This document shows, piece after piece, positions 10,117 through 19,869 of a DNA stretch of 64,000 nucleotides. The number at the start of each line of letters is the position of its first letter. Within the stretch, counting starts at the first letter, position 1. Origin of the DNA: Flavobacteriales bacterium (lineage in GTDB: Bacteria > Bacteroidota > Bacteroidia > Flavobacteriales_D > Sanyastnellaceae); assembly GCA_049627085.1 (NCBI GenBank), contig JBMZWX010000005.1, positions 9,395 to 73,394 of the forward strand, given 5' to 3'. Both the position numbers and the translations under genes were made by a program. Under the pieces are notes generated by a model. That model saw nothing but the letters and a program-made list of their open reading frames with translations. It made no database searches and was not told where the DNA came from.

Positions 10117-11190
10117 TTATCCGTGGGTGCGTTCAAATTCAGCCATGACGTCGACCAACACCTGGACGCTTTCCAGGGGAAGGGCGTTGTACATGGAGGC
10201 GCGGTATCCGCCGACGCTGCGGTGGCCTTTCAGGCCGTTGATGTGGGCTTGGTTCCACGCGCTGTCAAACGCCTCGGCGTGGCTGTCGTCCATCAGGCGG
10301 AACGTGGCGTTCATGTGGGAACGGCTTCCTTCCTTGGCGTGGCCTTCAAAGAGGGGGTTGCGGTCGATTTCGCCGTAGAGCAACGCGGACTTGGCTTCGT
10401 TCCGCGCTTGGATGGCCGCCACCCCACCTTGGGCCTTGAGCCAACGGAGGGTGAGCAAGGTGGTGTACACCGAGAACACCGGGGGCGTGTTGAACATGCT
10501 GTCTTTGCCCAATTGAACTTCCAAGTCAAGGTAAGAGGGGATGTTCCGTCCGGCTTGGCCGAGACGCTCACGGTCCACAGCGTACATCACGGCGCCCGCA
10601 GGGCCCATGTTTTTTTGCACGCCACCGTAAATCAGGGCAAACGGCTCAGGATCGAACGTTCTGCTCAAGATGTCGGAGCTCATGTCGGCCAGCAGAGGCA
10701 CGTTGGACTTGGGCATCTCGGCGTACTGCGTGCCGAAGATGGTGTTGTTGGTGGTGATGTGGAGGTAGGCGTTGTCCGCATCGACTTCACCCACTTCGGG
10801 GATGTGGTTGTAGTTGTCCTCTTTGGATGACGTGACGACGTTCACACGGCCGGCGTGTTTGGCTTCCTTGATGGCTTTGGCGGACCACGTTCCGGTGTCG
10901 GCGTAGGCCGCTTGGCCGCCTTCCGGCAAGAAGTTCATGGCGGACGTCAAAAATGCCAAGCTGGCCCCTCCTTGGAGGTACAAGATGTCGAAGCGGTCGG
11001 GCAGCCCGAGGAGTTCCTTGGTCAAGGCCCGGCATTCTTCCATGGCGGCGACAAAGGCCTTGCTGCGGTGGGACATTTCGACCAGCGACAGGCCGTGGTC
11101 GTCCCAAGATTTCACAGCTTGGGAAGCTTGTTCCAACACTTCTTGAGGCAGGATGCAAGGGCCTGCAGAAAAATTGTGCACGTGCGACAT
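10117..11190 (-). CDS. serC: Phosphoserine aminotransferase
   Basis: 357 aa. It has the NFSAGPCILPQEVL N-terminus and class-V aminotransferase length and blocks. Confidence 0.95.
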   Translation of the reverse strand: MSHVHNFSAGPCILPQEVLEQASQAVKSWDDHGLSLVEMSHRSKAFVAAMEECRALTKELLGLPDRFDILYLQGGASLAFLTSAMNFLPEGGQAAYADTGTWSAKAIKEAKHAGRVNVVTSSKEDNYNHIPEVGEVDADNAYLHITTNNTIFGTQYAEMPKSNVPLLADMSSDILSRTFDPEPFALIYGGVQKNMGPAGAVMYAVDRERLGQAGRNIPSYLDLEVQLGKDSMFNTPPVFSVYTTLLTLRWLKAQGGVAAIQARNEAKSALLYGEIDRNPLFEGHAKEGSRSHMNATFRLMDDSHAEAFDSAWNQAHINGLKGHRSVGGYRASMYNALPLESVQVLVDVMAEFERTHG

Positions 11191-11301
11191 GAGGGCAGTT
11201 TAAGATTGAATCAAAGGTCAGAAAGGGCGTGAACAGGGGGCACCTCTGAGAAGGTTGAGTTTTCCCAAGAATGAGGCACACTTGTGGAGAACGGAGCCAT
11301 G

Positions 11302-11331
11302 AAAAAAGGCACGCGCGGGCGTGCCTTTTTT
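11302..11331. terminator. Bidirectional Rho-independent terminator downstream of the glutathione peroxidase gene
   Basis: The sequence is AAAAAAGGCACGC-GCG-GGCGTGCCTTTTTT, with an A-run and a T-run flanking a GC stem. Confidence 0.75.
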
Positions 11332-11362
11332 GCAGGAGCGTTGTATGCGGCGGGGAAGGGGG

Positions 11363-11953
11363 TCATTCGCCCGCTGCGAACGCCTTGATTTCGTCTCCAA
11401 GCGGATCGGCACCGCTGCCGAGCGCGGCCACCAACTGGCCTTCGCCGTCCACCAGAAACTTGTGAAAGTTCCAGCGCACCTTGTGGTCTCCTGCTCCGTT
11501 GAGGGCCTTCTGGGTCAGCCAGGCGTACACCGGGTGTTGGTCGTCCCCCTTCACGTCCACCTTGGACATCATCTGGAAACTCACGCCGTAGTTCCGAGAA
11601 CAGAACTCTCGAATGTCGGAGGAGGTGCCTGGCTCCTGCTTTCCGAACTGGTTGCAAGGGAAGCCGAGGATGACCAGCCCTTGGTCCTTGTACATGTCGT
11701 GCAATTCCTCCAACGGCTTGTACTGCGGGGTGTACCCACAGCGTGACGCGGTGTTCACGATGAGCACGCGCTTGCCCTTGAGTTGGTTGAAATCAAAGTC
11801 GTCGCCCTCCAAAGTGGTGGCGCTGAGGTCGTGGAAAAATGCCATGCCTGGGGTGGGGTTGTGCCAAGTGTTGGTGTTGAAGGACTTCCAAGCCAAAAGG
11901 CCTGCGGCGCCAAGGACCAACGCGCCAACTGCAAAAATGCTGGTCATGTTCAT
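11363..11953 (-). CDS. Glutathione peroxidase (Cys type)
   Basis: Start trimmed to MNMTSIFAVGA (signal/anchor). It has the NTASRCGYT and LGFPCNQFGKQEPG motifs. Confidence 0.92.
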   Translation of the reverse strand: MNMTSIFAVGALVLGAAGLLAWKSFNTNTWHNPTPGMAFFHDLSATTLEGDDFDFNQLKGKRVLIVNTASRCGYTPQYKPLEELHDMYKDQGLVILGFPCNQFGKQEPGTSSDIREFCSRNYGVSFQMMSKVDVKGDDQHPVYAWLTQKALNGAGDHKVRWNFHKFLVDGEGQLVAALGSGADPLGDEIKAFAAGE

Positions 11954-11984
11954 GGGGGAGAAACGTGCAGAATTGCGGTTTTGT

Positions 11985-13466
11985 TCAATGCATCCAGCGA
12001 CGACGAAGACTGGCGTTGGGCAGCTTTGCACCGACCAGCCGTCGAAGGTCGCCTTGCCGGTCCAACGCTTGAGGCAAGCTGAGGTTGGGGAACCACACAA
12101 GGACAGCGATCGCCAGCCCGGCAGACAGGGCGGATTCGGCCCACCACACCCAGGGAAGGGCGGCCATGGGAACAGCCACCACGGTGGCCAGAACCAATCC
12201 GCCTCGCAGGGCATGGGCCAAGGGAACGAGCCTCAACTTCAGGCGAACCGACATCCACACTGTGGTCAGGAGCCATTGGAGCACGGAGGCCAGGACCACC
12301 GCCCTTGCCGCGCCCACGGCGCCATGTCCCTGATCCAAGTTCCACCACACGCCTGATGCGATGGCCATCAAGAACGCGATCTTGATGGCGATGCCTGCCG
12401 TGAGTCCGTCGAGGGCCCGCATGTTGGCGTCGCCCAGCTTGGTCAAGGCGCGGAACGCCACAGCGGCGAACAGCACCTGGACGAGGGGCGCCGATTCGTC
12501 GAATTGGGGTCCCAGGAACAGCCAGGTGACGCCCTCGGCCTGCCACACCAAGGCCACGGTGAGTGGCAAGGTGGCCAGCGCAATCAGGTGCATGCCGCGA
12601 AGCACGACCTGTTGCATTTCGGGCATGTTGTCTTGCAGGCTTGACAGGCCGCTGAACAAGACGCTGTCGCCGAGTTTGCCCAACACGGTGATGGGTTGCC
12701 CCATCAAGTGGACGGCCCTGTCGTACATGCCTGTCGCCCTCGTGCCCAAAGTTTCTCCCACCAACCACAGGTCCACCTTGGAGGCTGCGTAGGTCAGCAG
12801 GTTGAAGGCGGTGCTTCTGGTGCCGTAGCCGAGCAAGGAGCGGAGCGCTTGAGATTGACACCCTTGAGAGACGGGGATGCGGGCAAGCCACAGGTACCCG
12901 ACGCTGAGCACCAAGTTTTGGACCAGCAGGGCCGCCACGTAGGCCCAAATGCCGGCGCCGGCAAACGCCAGCCCCAGGCCCACGACCAAATTGCCCACCA
13001 CCATGCCTGTCAGCGCGCACTGGGTCAAGGCCTTGAAATTCATGTCGCGGACCAGCAGGCTCCGGGACACCACACTGAACCCTGAAATGACGAAGCTCAA
13101 GGAGATCCAACGCAAGACGGGCCTCAGCACCGGGGTGTTGTAATGGTGGGCAAACTCAGGCGCCGCGAGGTACATGGCCGCGAAGAACAACAGCCCAAGA
13201 AGCGCGCTGAACCACCACGCGGAGGACACGTACTGGGAGCTGAGTTGGGGGAACTGCACGATGGATGGGCCGATGCCGACTTGGGCGAAGATTTCCACGA
13301 CGCCCACCACAATCAGCGCCAGGGCCATCACCCCGAAGTCTTCAGGCGCGAGGATGCCCGCGAGGATGCGGATGTAGACGAGCTGCAGGACCACCTGCAG
13401 CAGGACGTTGAAGCTTTGCCAGCTCAGCGAAGCCCCCCACAAGGGCGTGCGGCCCTCCGGGGTCAT
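11985..13466 (-). CDS. MOP-superfamily oligosaccharide/polysaccharide flippase (Wzx-like)
   Basis: 493 aa and polytopic. It has a Polysacc_synt-like N-terminus (ILAGILAPEDFGVMALA). Its ATG overlaps the rny stop by 1 nt (TGATG). Confidence 0.8.
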   Translation of the reverse strand: MTPEGRTPLWGASLSWQSFNVLLQVVLQLVYIRILAGILAPEDFGVMALALIVVGVVEIFAQVGIGPSIVQFPQLSSQYVSSAWWFSALLGLLFFAAMYLAAPEFAHHYNTPVLRPVLRWISLSFVISGFSVVSRSLLVRDMNFKALTQCALTGMVVGNLVVGLGLAFAGAGIWAYVAALLVQNLVLSVGYLWLARIPVSQGCQSQALRSLLGYGTRSTAFNLLTYAASKVDLWLVGETLGTRATGMYDRAVHLMGQPITVLGKLGDSVLFSGLSSLQDNMPEMQQVVLRGMHLIALATLPLTVALVWQAEGVTWLFLGPQFDESAPLVQVLFAAVAFRALTKLGDANMRALDGLTAGIAIKIAFLMAIASGVWWNLDQGHGAVGAARAVVLASVLQWLLTTVWMSVRLKLRLVPLAHALRGGLVLATVVAVPMAALPWVWWAESALSAGLAIAVLVWFPNLSLPQALDRQGDLRRLVGAKLPNASLRRRWMH

Positions 13467-14998
13467 CAGCGGGCGATGCTGACGGCGCGACGTTCGCGGA
13501 TCACGGTGATTTTGACCTGACCGGGGTAGGTCATCTCATTCATGATGCGCTGGCTGATGTCAAACGACAATTGGTCCGCCTGGTCGTCGCTCACTTGGTC
13601 GCTCTCCACCATGACGCGCAATTCACGGCCCGCTTGGATTGCGAAGGATTTGGTGACCCCCGGGTATTCCAAGGCCAAATTCTCCAAGTCGCGCAAGCGC
13701 TGGATGTACGCCTCCACCATCTCGCGTCGTGCACCCGGACGCGCGCCGCTGATGGCGTCGCACACCTGAATGATGGGAGACAGGAGGGAGGTCATTTCAA
13801 TCTCGTCGTGGTGCGCCCCAATTGCGTTGAGGACGTCGGCACGTTCGCCCGCTTTCTCGGCCAGCTTCATGCCCAAGAGTGCGTGCGGCAACTCGCTTTC
13901 CTCGTCGCTGACCTTGCCGATGTCGTGGAGCAAGCCCGCCCGCTTTGCTGCTTTGGCGTCGAGGCCCAATTCTGCGGCCATCGTGGCGCAGAGGTTGGCG
14001 ACTTCACGGCTGTGTTGAAGCAAGTTTTGGCCGTAAGACGAGCGGTACTTCATGCGGCCCACCATGCGGACGAGCTCGCCCTTCATGTTGTGGATGCCCA
14101 AGTCAATCACCGTACGCTTTCCAGTCTCGGCAATTTCCTCTTCAATCTTCTTGGTGACCTTGTTCACCACTTCCTCGATGCGGGCTGGGTGAATGCGGCC
14201 GTCTGTGACGAGCTGGTGCAAGCTGAGGCGGGCGATTTCGCGACGCACCGGGTCGAAACAGCTCAGGATGATGGCTTCGGGGGTGTCGTCCACGATGAAC
14301 TCCACGCCGGTTGCCGCTTCCAGCGCGCGGATGTTTCGGCCTTCTCGTCCAATGATGCGGCCTTTGACGTCGTCGTTCTTGATCTGGAACACCGAGACGC
14401 TGTTTTCCACGCTGTGCTCGGTGGCGACGCGTTGGATGGTCTGGATGACGATTTTCTTGGCTTCGGCGTTGGCCTTTTCCTTGGCTTCGTCGATGATGTC
14501 TTGCGCTTGGGTGGCCGCCATGGCACGGGCCTCAGATTTGATCTGCTCGACCATGTTGGACTTGGCCTCGTCGGCGGTCATGCCGCTGAGTTTCTCCAGG
14601 GCTTCGATGGCCTTGGAGTGGTCGGCGTCGAGGTCCTTTTGCTTCTTCTCCAAGGCACCCAAACGCTGGGTGAGCTTCTCTTGGTCCTTCTCGAGCTGGC
14701 TCTCGGCGTTCTTGTTCTGGTCGATGGAGCGCTGGAGGTTGCTCTCCGTCTTTTTGATGCGCTCCTGACGCTCGTTGAGCTTGCGCTCCAGGTCTTTGCG
14801 CTGTTCGGCTTGCTTCTCTTTGAGTTGGATGAACTTCTCCTTGGCCTGGAGGATCTTCTTTTCCTTGATGGATTCGCCTTTCAGCTCGGCTTCGCGGACA
14901 ATGCTGTCTGCTTTTCCGGTGAGCACGCGCAAGAACAAAAAGTAGCCTGCGCCTCCTCCAAGAAGCAATCCAGCTGCTGCTGCAATGATGGGTGACAT
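13466..14998 (-). CDS. rny: Ribonuclease Y
   Basis: Start trimmed to [15 protein letters not shown] (N-terminal TM). It has a coiled-coil, a KH domain ([15 protein letters not shown]) and an HD domain (LLHDIGK). Confidence 0.95.
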   Translation of the reverse strand: MSPIIAAAAGLLLGGGAGYFLFLRVLTGKADSIVREAELKGESIKEKKILQAKEKFIQLKEKQAEQRKDLERKLNERQERIKKTESNLQRSIDQNKNAESQLEKDQEKLTQRLGALEKKQKDLDADHSKAIEALEKLSGMTADEAKSNMVEQIKSEARAMAATQAQDIIDEAKEKANAEAKKIVIQTIQRVATEHSVENSVSVFQIKNDDVKGRIIGREGRNIRALEAATGVEFIVDDTPEAIILSCFDPVRREIARLSLHQLVTDGRIHPARIEEVVNKVTKKIEEEIAETGKRTVIDLGIHNMKGELVRMVGRMKYRSSYGQNLLQHSREVANLCATMAAELGLDAKAAKRAGLLHDIGKVSDEESELPHALLGMKLAEKAGERADVLNAIGAHHDEIEMTSLLSPIIQVCDAISGARPGARREMVEAYIQRLRDLENLALEYPGVTKSFAIQAGRELRVMVESDQVSDDQADQLSFDISQRIMNEMTYPGQVKITVIRERRAVSIAR

Positions 14999-15023
14999 GT
15001 CGTCGTGGGGTTCAATTCCGTCG

Positions 15024-15317
15024 TCAACGGTCGAGCGCGCTGTGGATGCGTTGCAGAAGGGAATCGATGTCGCCTTGAGGCCATTCGGGCCCACCGTCGC
15101 TGGACGCTTCTGGGGGGCTCTGGCTCTTGGATTGAACGGCAATTTGCAAGGCGGTCATGGCCATGAGGTCGATCCTGTCGGTGATCGCGTACTGGCGCTT
15201 GAGGTCGCTGATTTGCTGTTCCACGGCGGCTGCAGCCTCACGCACGGTTTGCACCTCCTCTGGGGAAAGTGTCAAGGGGTAGGTTCTCCCTCCGAGTGTG
15301 ACTTCGAGCGTTTCCAT
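15024..15317 (-). CDS. zapA: Cell division protein ZapA
   Basis: Start trimmed to [16 protein letters not shown]. This is a ZapA-like small protein directly upstream of rny, as in many Bacteroidota. Confidence 0.85.
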   Translation of the reverse strand: METLEVTLGGRTYPLTLSPEEVQTVREAAAAVEQQISDLKRQYAITDRIDLMAMTALQIAVQSKSQSPPEASSDGGPEWPQGDIDSLLQRIHSALDR

Positions 15318-15325
15318 GGTGTTCT

Positions 15326-15586
15326 TCACGCTTTGAGCAGCGCGATGCATTCGTCGATTTCTTCCACCAACGCGTCCAATTCCGCAGCGCTCATCGCCGG
15401 TTCAGGGGTGGGTTGGGGTTGAGGTTGGGTTGTTTCACGGGCCACCTCCACTTCGCGCAACTTCGTTTGGGCTTCCTCCAGCCTCGCATTCGCCTCGTGC
15501 AGTTCGCCCCTCAGGCCAGCGTGGGCCTCAAGCAAGCGTTCCACGGCGTGGAGCAAAGTCGTCAGTTGAGTTGGGGAAAAGGACAT
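15326..15586 (-). CDS. Small coiled-coil protein (ZapB-like by position only)
   Basis: 86 aa starting MSFSPTQLTTLLHAVERLLE. It has a heptad-like helix plus a QPQPQP linker. A TACTTTTG box lies 15 nt upstream. Confidence 0.55.
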   Translation of the reverse strand: MSFSPTQLTTLLHAVERLLEAHAGLRGELHEANARLEEAQTKLREVEVARETTQPQPQPTPEPAMSAAELDALVEEIDECIALLKA

Positions 15587-15601
15587 GGTTGTGAGTCCTA
15601 A

Positions 15602-15609
15602 CAAAAGTA
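15602..15609 (-). promoter_or_regulatory. -7 promoter box TACTTTTG for the coiled-coil/zapA/rny operon
   Basis: An exact TAnnTTTG on the minus strand, 15 nt upstream of ATG 15586. Confidence 0.55.
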
Positions 15610-15645
15610 AGGGAGCGCCCGCGACTTTGAAGGGATTGCCCCATG

Positions 15646-15653
15646 TAGTTTTG
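15646..15653 (+). promoter_or_regulatory. -7 promoter box TAGTTTTG, 4 nt from the M23 peptidase ATG (leaderless candidate)
   Basis: TAGTTTTG-caac-ATG(15658). A TTTG lies 16 nt upstream as a possible -33 element. Confidence 0.55.
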
Positions 15654-15657
15654 CAAC

Positions 15658-17436
15658 ATGCGGACGTTTGAAACACAAATTGGCAGGTTCAAGGCTGTTT
15701 TTTCTATCTGCCACATGCTGTGTGTGTTGTGTGTTTTTTCTTCGAGTTCTTCTTTGGGTCAAGGCGCGCAAAGTCAGCGTGCGCAGCAATTCAAAGCGGC
15801 CCATGGATGGACGGATCCTTTGACGGTGCCTTTGGTCCTGAGTGGCAACTTCGGAGAGCTCCGTGGCAACCATTTCCACACAGGCCTCGACATGAAAACC
15901 CAAGGGCGGGAAGGCCTGCCTGTCCTCGCTTCGACCGACGGGGTGTTGGCCCGCGTGAAGATGTCCCCTTGGGGCTACGGCAACGCGCTTTACCTCGAAG
16001 GCCCTGATGGCATCACCACGGTCTACGCCCACCTTCAGCGGTTTGCCCCGGACGTGCAGGCGTGGGCCGTGGCGCGCACCTACAAGGGGAGGTCGCTGGG
16101 GCTGGATGCCACGCCCCCAGCCTCGGCTGGGTTGACGTTTCATGCTGGCGACACCTTGGGGTGGAGCGGCAACTCTGGGGGGAGTGGAGGCCCGCATCTT
16201 CACTTTGAGGTCCGTGACACGCCGTCCCAACATCCTCTGAACCCCTTGCAAGGGTGGGTGACCAAATCGGATTCACGCCCTCCCTCGGCGCCGACGTGGT
16301 GGCTGGAATCTGATCGCGGCCTGGCGTCCGTGCCTGCGAACGGGGTGGATACGGTGGTGGTTGATCATGAAGTCCGTGTCTCCATCGAGGCCTACGACCG
16401 CTTGGACGGCGCGTCCAACATCTGTGGCATCCACACCCTGCAGGCGGTCTTGAAAGACGGCCAGGGAGACGTGAAGTGGACGCACCGTTTTGGGTTGGAT
16501 GAATTGAATTTCTCCGTGAACAAGGACATGAACGCGCACACACTGTTTCCGGTGTGGAAGCGGGAACGGGACCAAGTGCACCGGCTTCACCGCCTCCCTG
16601 GCAACCGCCTTGGCATTTATGCAGGTGCGCCGGATGGCGTCGTGGCCCTGGACAGCGGGGAGGTGGCCACCTTGGAATGCATGGTGCGCGACGTGGCAGG
16701 GAACGAGATCTTCCGCACTTTGGTGCTGAAGGGGGGGGCGTCTGCGTTGCTGTGGGAGAAGGTGGAATTCAAGGGCTTCGCACCGCAAGTCACCTCGCCC
16801 CGCGGAGCGCTCACCTTGTCTGCATCCCAAGCCACCTTGTCCTGGGAGAGGGAGACCTTCTTTGAGCCCTCTGAAGTGGGCTGGTACAACGACTCGACGG
16901 GGCGGTCTGCCTTTGTTTGGCCTGAATTTGAGGCGTGGCGAGGCAAGGTGGATGTGGTGTGGACCCTGCCGAGTCCCGAGGTGATGTGGGGGATGAGTGG
17001 GGCGGCTTTGCCTCAGGACGCATGGCCCACGACCCAGTGGGTTGCGGTGCATGAAGTGGAAGGCCAAATCAAGCACGCCGTCCCTGCCCACGTGGAAGAG
17101 GGCGCCTGGCGCATGTCGCTGCCTGGCGGCGGGGCTTGGCGCATGGTGCGGGACACGTTGGCGCCCAAGGTCATTCCCTACCACAGCGGCACGCCGCTTG
17201 TTCCGGGAGGAGATGCGGTGTGGTTTGTGGAGGACCTCCTTTCAGGCGTGGACACGATGACGTTGACGATCGACGGTCGGTGGGCGCGTTTGGTGTGGGA
17301 CCCCAAGCGCAACATGGCGACTTACGAAGCCTCCGACGACAAGCACCCTTCTGAGGCGCCGGTTCGTGTGGAATTGGAGGTGACGGACGCCGTGGGCAAC
17401 GCCGCGACGTGGTCTGGGACAATGGTGTGGCCTTGA
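15658..17436 (+). CDS. M23 family metallopeptidase (peptidoglycan DD-endopeptidase-like)
   Basis: 592 aa. It has the HFHTGLD and GGPHLHFEV zinc motifs and a long C-terminal extension. Confidence 0.9.
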   Translation: MRTFETQIGRFKAVFSICHMLCVLCVFSSSSSLGQGAQSQRAQQFKAAHGWTDPLTVPLVLSGNFGELRGNHFHTGLDMKTQGREGLPVLASTDGVLARVKMSPWGYGNALYLEGPDGITTVYAHLQRFAPDVQAWAVARTYKGRSLGLDATPPASAGLTFHAGDTLGWSGNSGGSGGPHLHFEVRDTPSQHPLNPLQGWVTKSDSRPPSAPTWWLESDRGLASVPANGVDTVVVDHEVRVSIEAYDRLDGASNICGIHTLQAVLKDGQGDVKWTHRFGLDELNFSVNKDMNAHTLFPVWKRERDQVHRLHRLPGNRLGIYAGAPDGVVALDSGEVATLECMVRDVAGNEIFRTLVLKGGASALLWEKVEFKGFAPQVTSPRGALTLSASQATLSWERETFFEPSEVGWYNDSTGRSAFVWPEFEAWRGKVDVVWTLPSPEVMWGMSGAALPQDAWPTTQWVAVHEVEGQIKHAVPAHVEEGAWRMSLPGGGAWRMVRDTLAPKVIPYHSGTPLVPGGDAVWFVEDLLSGVDTMTLTIDGRWARLVWDPKRNMATYEASDDKHPSEAPVRVELEVTDAVGNAATWSGTMVWP

Positions 17437-17445
17437 TTTGGGCGG

Positions 17446-19869
17446 TCAGCGGGCCAGCCGGGATTCAATCATGCTGTAGTCCAAATAGTACAGCGCCCGA
17501 ACCGACAGGGAGTTGGTGAAGCCCTCGTCCAACATCGATTGCCAGTTGCTCCAGTAGCTGTCGGGCAGGGCGGTGCCGGCCTCGTTCAGGGTGTTCTTCC
17601 ACACCACGCTCAACTCGGAGCCGGGAGAGAAAATCCAACGGTAGACCAGGTCCACGCTCCACGCGTTGTAATTCACGTCGTACCGTGAGGTCAGGTCTTG
17701 GTTGAACAACTCAAGCGAAGCGAAGAGGGCTTGGTCGTCGATGAAGCCCAGGTTGCCGTCCTCCTGCAATTCGAAGAATCCGTGGTAGTCGACCACGCTC
17801 CAGTAGTGCCTGACGCGCGCCGAAAGGCTCGAGGTGGGGGTGAAGATGTAACTGGCGTTCAGGACGTGGGTGTGGCTCGTGTTTTCACGTTGCCCAAACA
17901 GGCTCAGCTGCCCGTCGTCCACCACGTCCACCCACCCACGTTCGTTGTGGCGGACCTGCCAGCTCCAGACGTAGTCCGCGCTCAGGCGGTCGCTGAACCG
18001 GAACCGGGGCGCCACGCGGATGAACGATTCCTGCCAGTCCGGCATGTCGGGCCGAACGCGCCGCTTGACGAACCCGTCCAGCGCCACCTTCCGCCGGTAG
18101 TCTGTGGAGGTGACAAACTCCACCGACGTCCATCGGGGCGTGGCGAAGGGGAGCCCGTCCAACCGGGAGGCGAACCAATCTTGTCCCTCCAATGGTTGGC
18201 CTTCAAACCCCAGTTTGTTGAACCAGAACGTCCTCGTGACGGCCGCCCATTCCGCCACCCAGGTCCAATTGCTGTAGGCGCGCGGGGCATACAGGTGGTT
18301 CACGTTGGTGTTCAGGTTCCACCACATCCGGTTGAAGACCCCAAACGGCTTGTAGATGCCGTACTCCAAATCCATCCAAGTCACGATCTCGTTGGGGGCG
18401 GCCAGGTAGCCCAAGTCGTTGGGGTTGTAGGACTCCGATTCACGGTAATGGCCCACCGTGCCCCTGAATTGACCCGACGTTTTGGCCAGGTTCACGCCCC
18501 ACCGGTGGCCTTCGTCGTGGTTGGCGGTGTCGCCTTGCGCCATGGTGTTGCGCGCGGCGCTGCCGCTGAGCGCCCAGCTGTTGTCTTCGTTACGGAAGGA
18601 GTAATCCACGCCTTGCACGTACGCGTCCCGGCCATCTCCGCCGCGGACCGTGGCTGTGCTGAGGGCGGTGATGTAGCCGTTGTTGGGGAGGTTTTGGTCG
18701 GCCACAGTCACGTTGTAGGAGGTCAACGCGTCGCGTCCGCCTGTGGTGTCGCGGGCGAAGGCCTGGAACACGCCAAGCCCCGTGCTGGAAGAAGTTCTGC
18801 CGCTGAATTTCGACGCGTTGATGAGCTGGCCTTCTTGGCCCACGCGCCGGCTGTAGAACAGCCCGCCTTTGTTGAAGAGGTCTGTGCCTTCCAAGAAGAA
18901 CGGGCGGTTTTCAGCAAAACGCACCTCGTACGGGCTGAGGTTCAGGACAAGATTGTCGGCGACGACCTGGCCGAAATCAGGCACCAGCGTCATGTCCAAC
19001 GTGAAGGCGTCGCCCAGGCCCAGCTTGGCGTCCAAACCGCCGTTGTACGTGTCGCCCCACTGACGGCCGCCGGTCTCGTCCAATTCCGTTTGCGCGTAGG
19101 CACTCAAGTAGGGGAACAGGGCGATGCGTGGCGGGGTGTCCACACCTTGAATGCCTCGGAGCACGCCGCCTTGGTTCACCATGCCGTTTTGGGTCGGGTC
19201 CAGGGCGTTCCACACCGATTCTTCTCGGCTGCGTCGCACGGAGCGCCAAATGTTCATGCCCCACGTCTGGGACACGCCCTCAGGCAGGGTGGGCATCCTG
19301 AATTGGCTCCACGGCACCCGAATCTCAGTGGACCAGCCGCGGCTGTGGATCTGACTTTGGACTTCCCAGACCCCGTTCCATGCGTCGTCGGACCCTTGGG
19401 CGTTCATGATGAAGTCGTTGAGCGCCCCCCTCGGGGTCGTGCTGAATCCCACGGCGTTGATGCCGTCGTTGTAGGGGCTGAACCAAATTCCAAACTCGTC
19501 TGAATTCTCCACGCGGTCGCGCACGCTCAGCTGCTGCAGAATCGAATCCGGCGCCGGGTCGTGCATCTGCGCTGCGATGTAGATGTTTTGGTCGTCGTAG
19601 GCGATCCAGACCTCGGTTCGGTGGGTCGGCGCGCTCTGCGGGGTGGGTCGGCTTTGGGTGAAGTTGGTGGCGCTTGGCGTCGTTCGCCAAGCCGCTTCAT
19701 CCAACAGCCCATCCACCGTGGGTGGCGTGTCGACGCGAAAGGCATGCGCCACTTGGTTCGTCAAGTTGTGGAGCGGGGTGTCCTCGGTTTGGCCCCACAT
19801 GGAGGTGGGCAAGGCGCATGCGAACGCCAACATCCAAGCTCTGGAAAAAAGGAGGTGGTCAGGTCTCAA
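17446..19869 (-). CDS. CBM9-like / DUF5916 outer-membrane-associated protein
   Basis: 807 aa. It has an N-terminal DOMON/CBM9-like segment (VDGLLDEAAW) and a long beta-rich DUF5916-type body. The ORF starts at a TTG overlapping the mltG stop, with an alternative ATG at 19833. Confidence 0.8.
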   Translation of the reverse strand: MRPDHLLFSRAWMLAFACALPTSMWGQTEDTPLHNLTNQVAHAFRVDTPPTVDGLLDEAAWRTTPSATNFTQSRPTPQSAPTHRTEVWIAYDDQNIYIAAQMHDPAPDSILQQLSVRDRVENSDEFGIWFSPYNDGINAVGFSTTPRGALNDFIMNAQGSDDAWNGVWEVQSQIHSRGWSTEIRVPWSQFRMPTLPEGVSQTWGMNIWRSVRRSREESVWNALDPTQNGMVNQGGVLRGIQGVDTPPRIALFPYLSAYAQTELDETGGRQWGDTYNGGLDAKLGLGDAFTLDMTLVPDFGQVVADNLVLNLSPYEVRFAENRPFFLEGTDLFNKGGLFYSRRVGQEGQLINASKFSGRTSSSTGLGVFQAFARDTTGGRDALTSYNVTVADQNLPNNGYITALSTATVRGGDGRDAYVQGVDYSFRNEDNSWALSGSAARNTMAQGDTANHDEGHRWGVNLAKTSGQFRGTVGHYRESESYNPNDLGYLAAPNEIVTWMDLEYGIYKPFGVFNRMWWNLNTNVNHLYAPRAYSNWTWVAEWAAVTRTFWFNKLGFEGQPLEGQDWFASRLDGLPFATPRWTSVEFVTSTDYRRKVALDGFVKRRVRPDMPDWQESFIRVAPRFRFSDRLSADYVWSWQVRHNERGWVDVVDDGQLSLFGQRENTSHTHVLNASYIFTPTSSLSARVRHYWSVVDYHGFFELQEDGNLGFIDDQALFASLELFNQDLTSRYDVNYNAWSVDLVYRWIFSPGSELSVVWKNTLNEAGTALPDSYWSNWQSMLDEGFTNSLSVRALYYLDYSMIESRLAR

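Noticed and set aside
15715-15717. Alternative downstream ATG (MLCVLCVFSSSSSLGQG) for the M23 peptidase
   Set aside because: The TAGTTTTG-N4-ATG arrangement at 15658 fits the recurrent leaderless pattern. The longer N-terminus also supplies the positively charged n-region of the signal peptide. This remains unresolved without TSS data.
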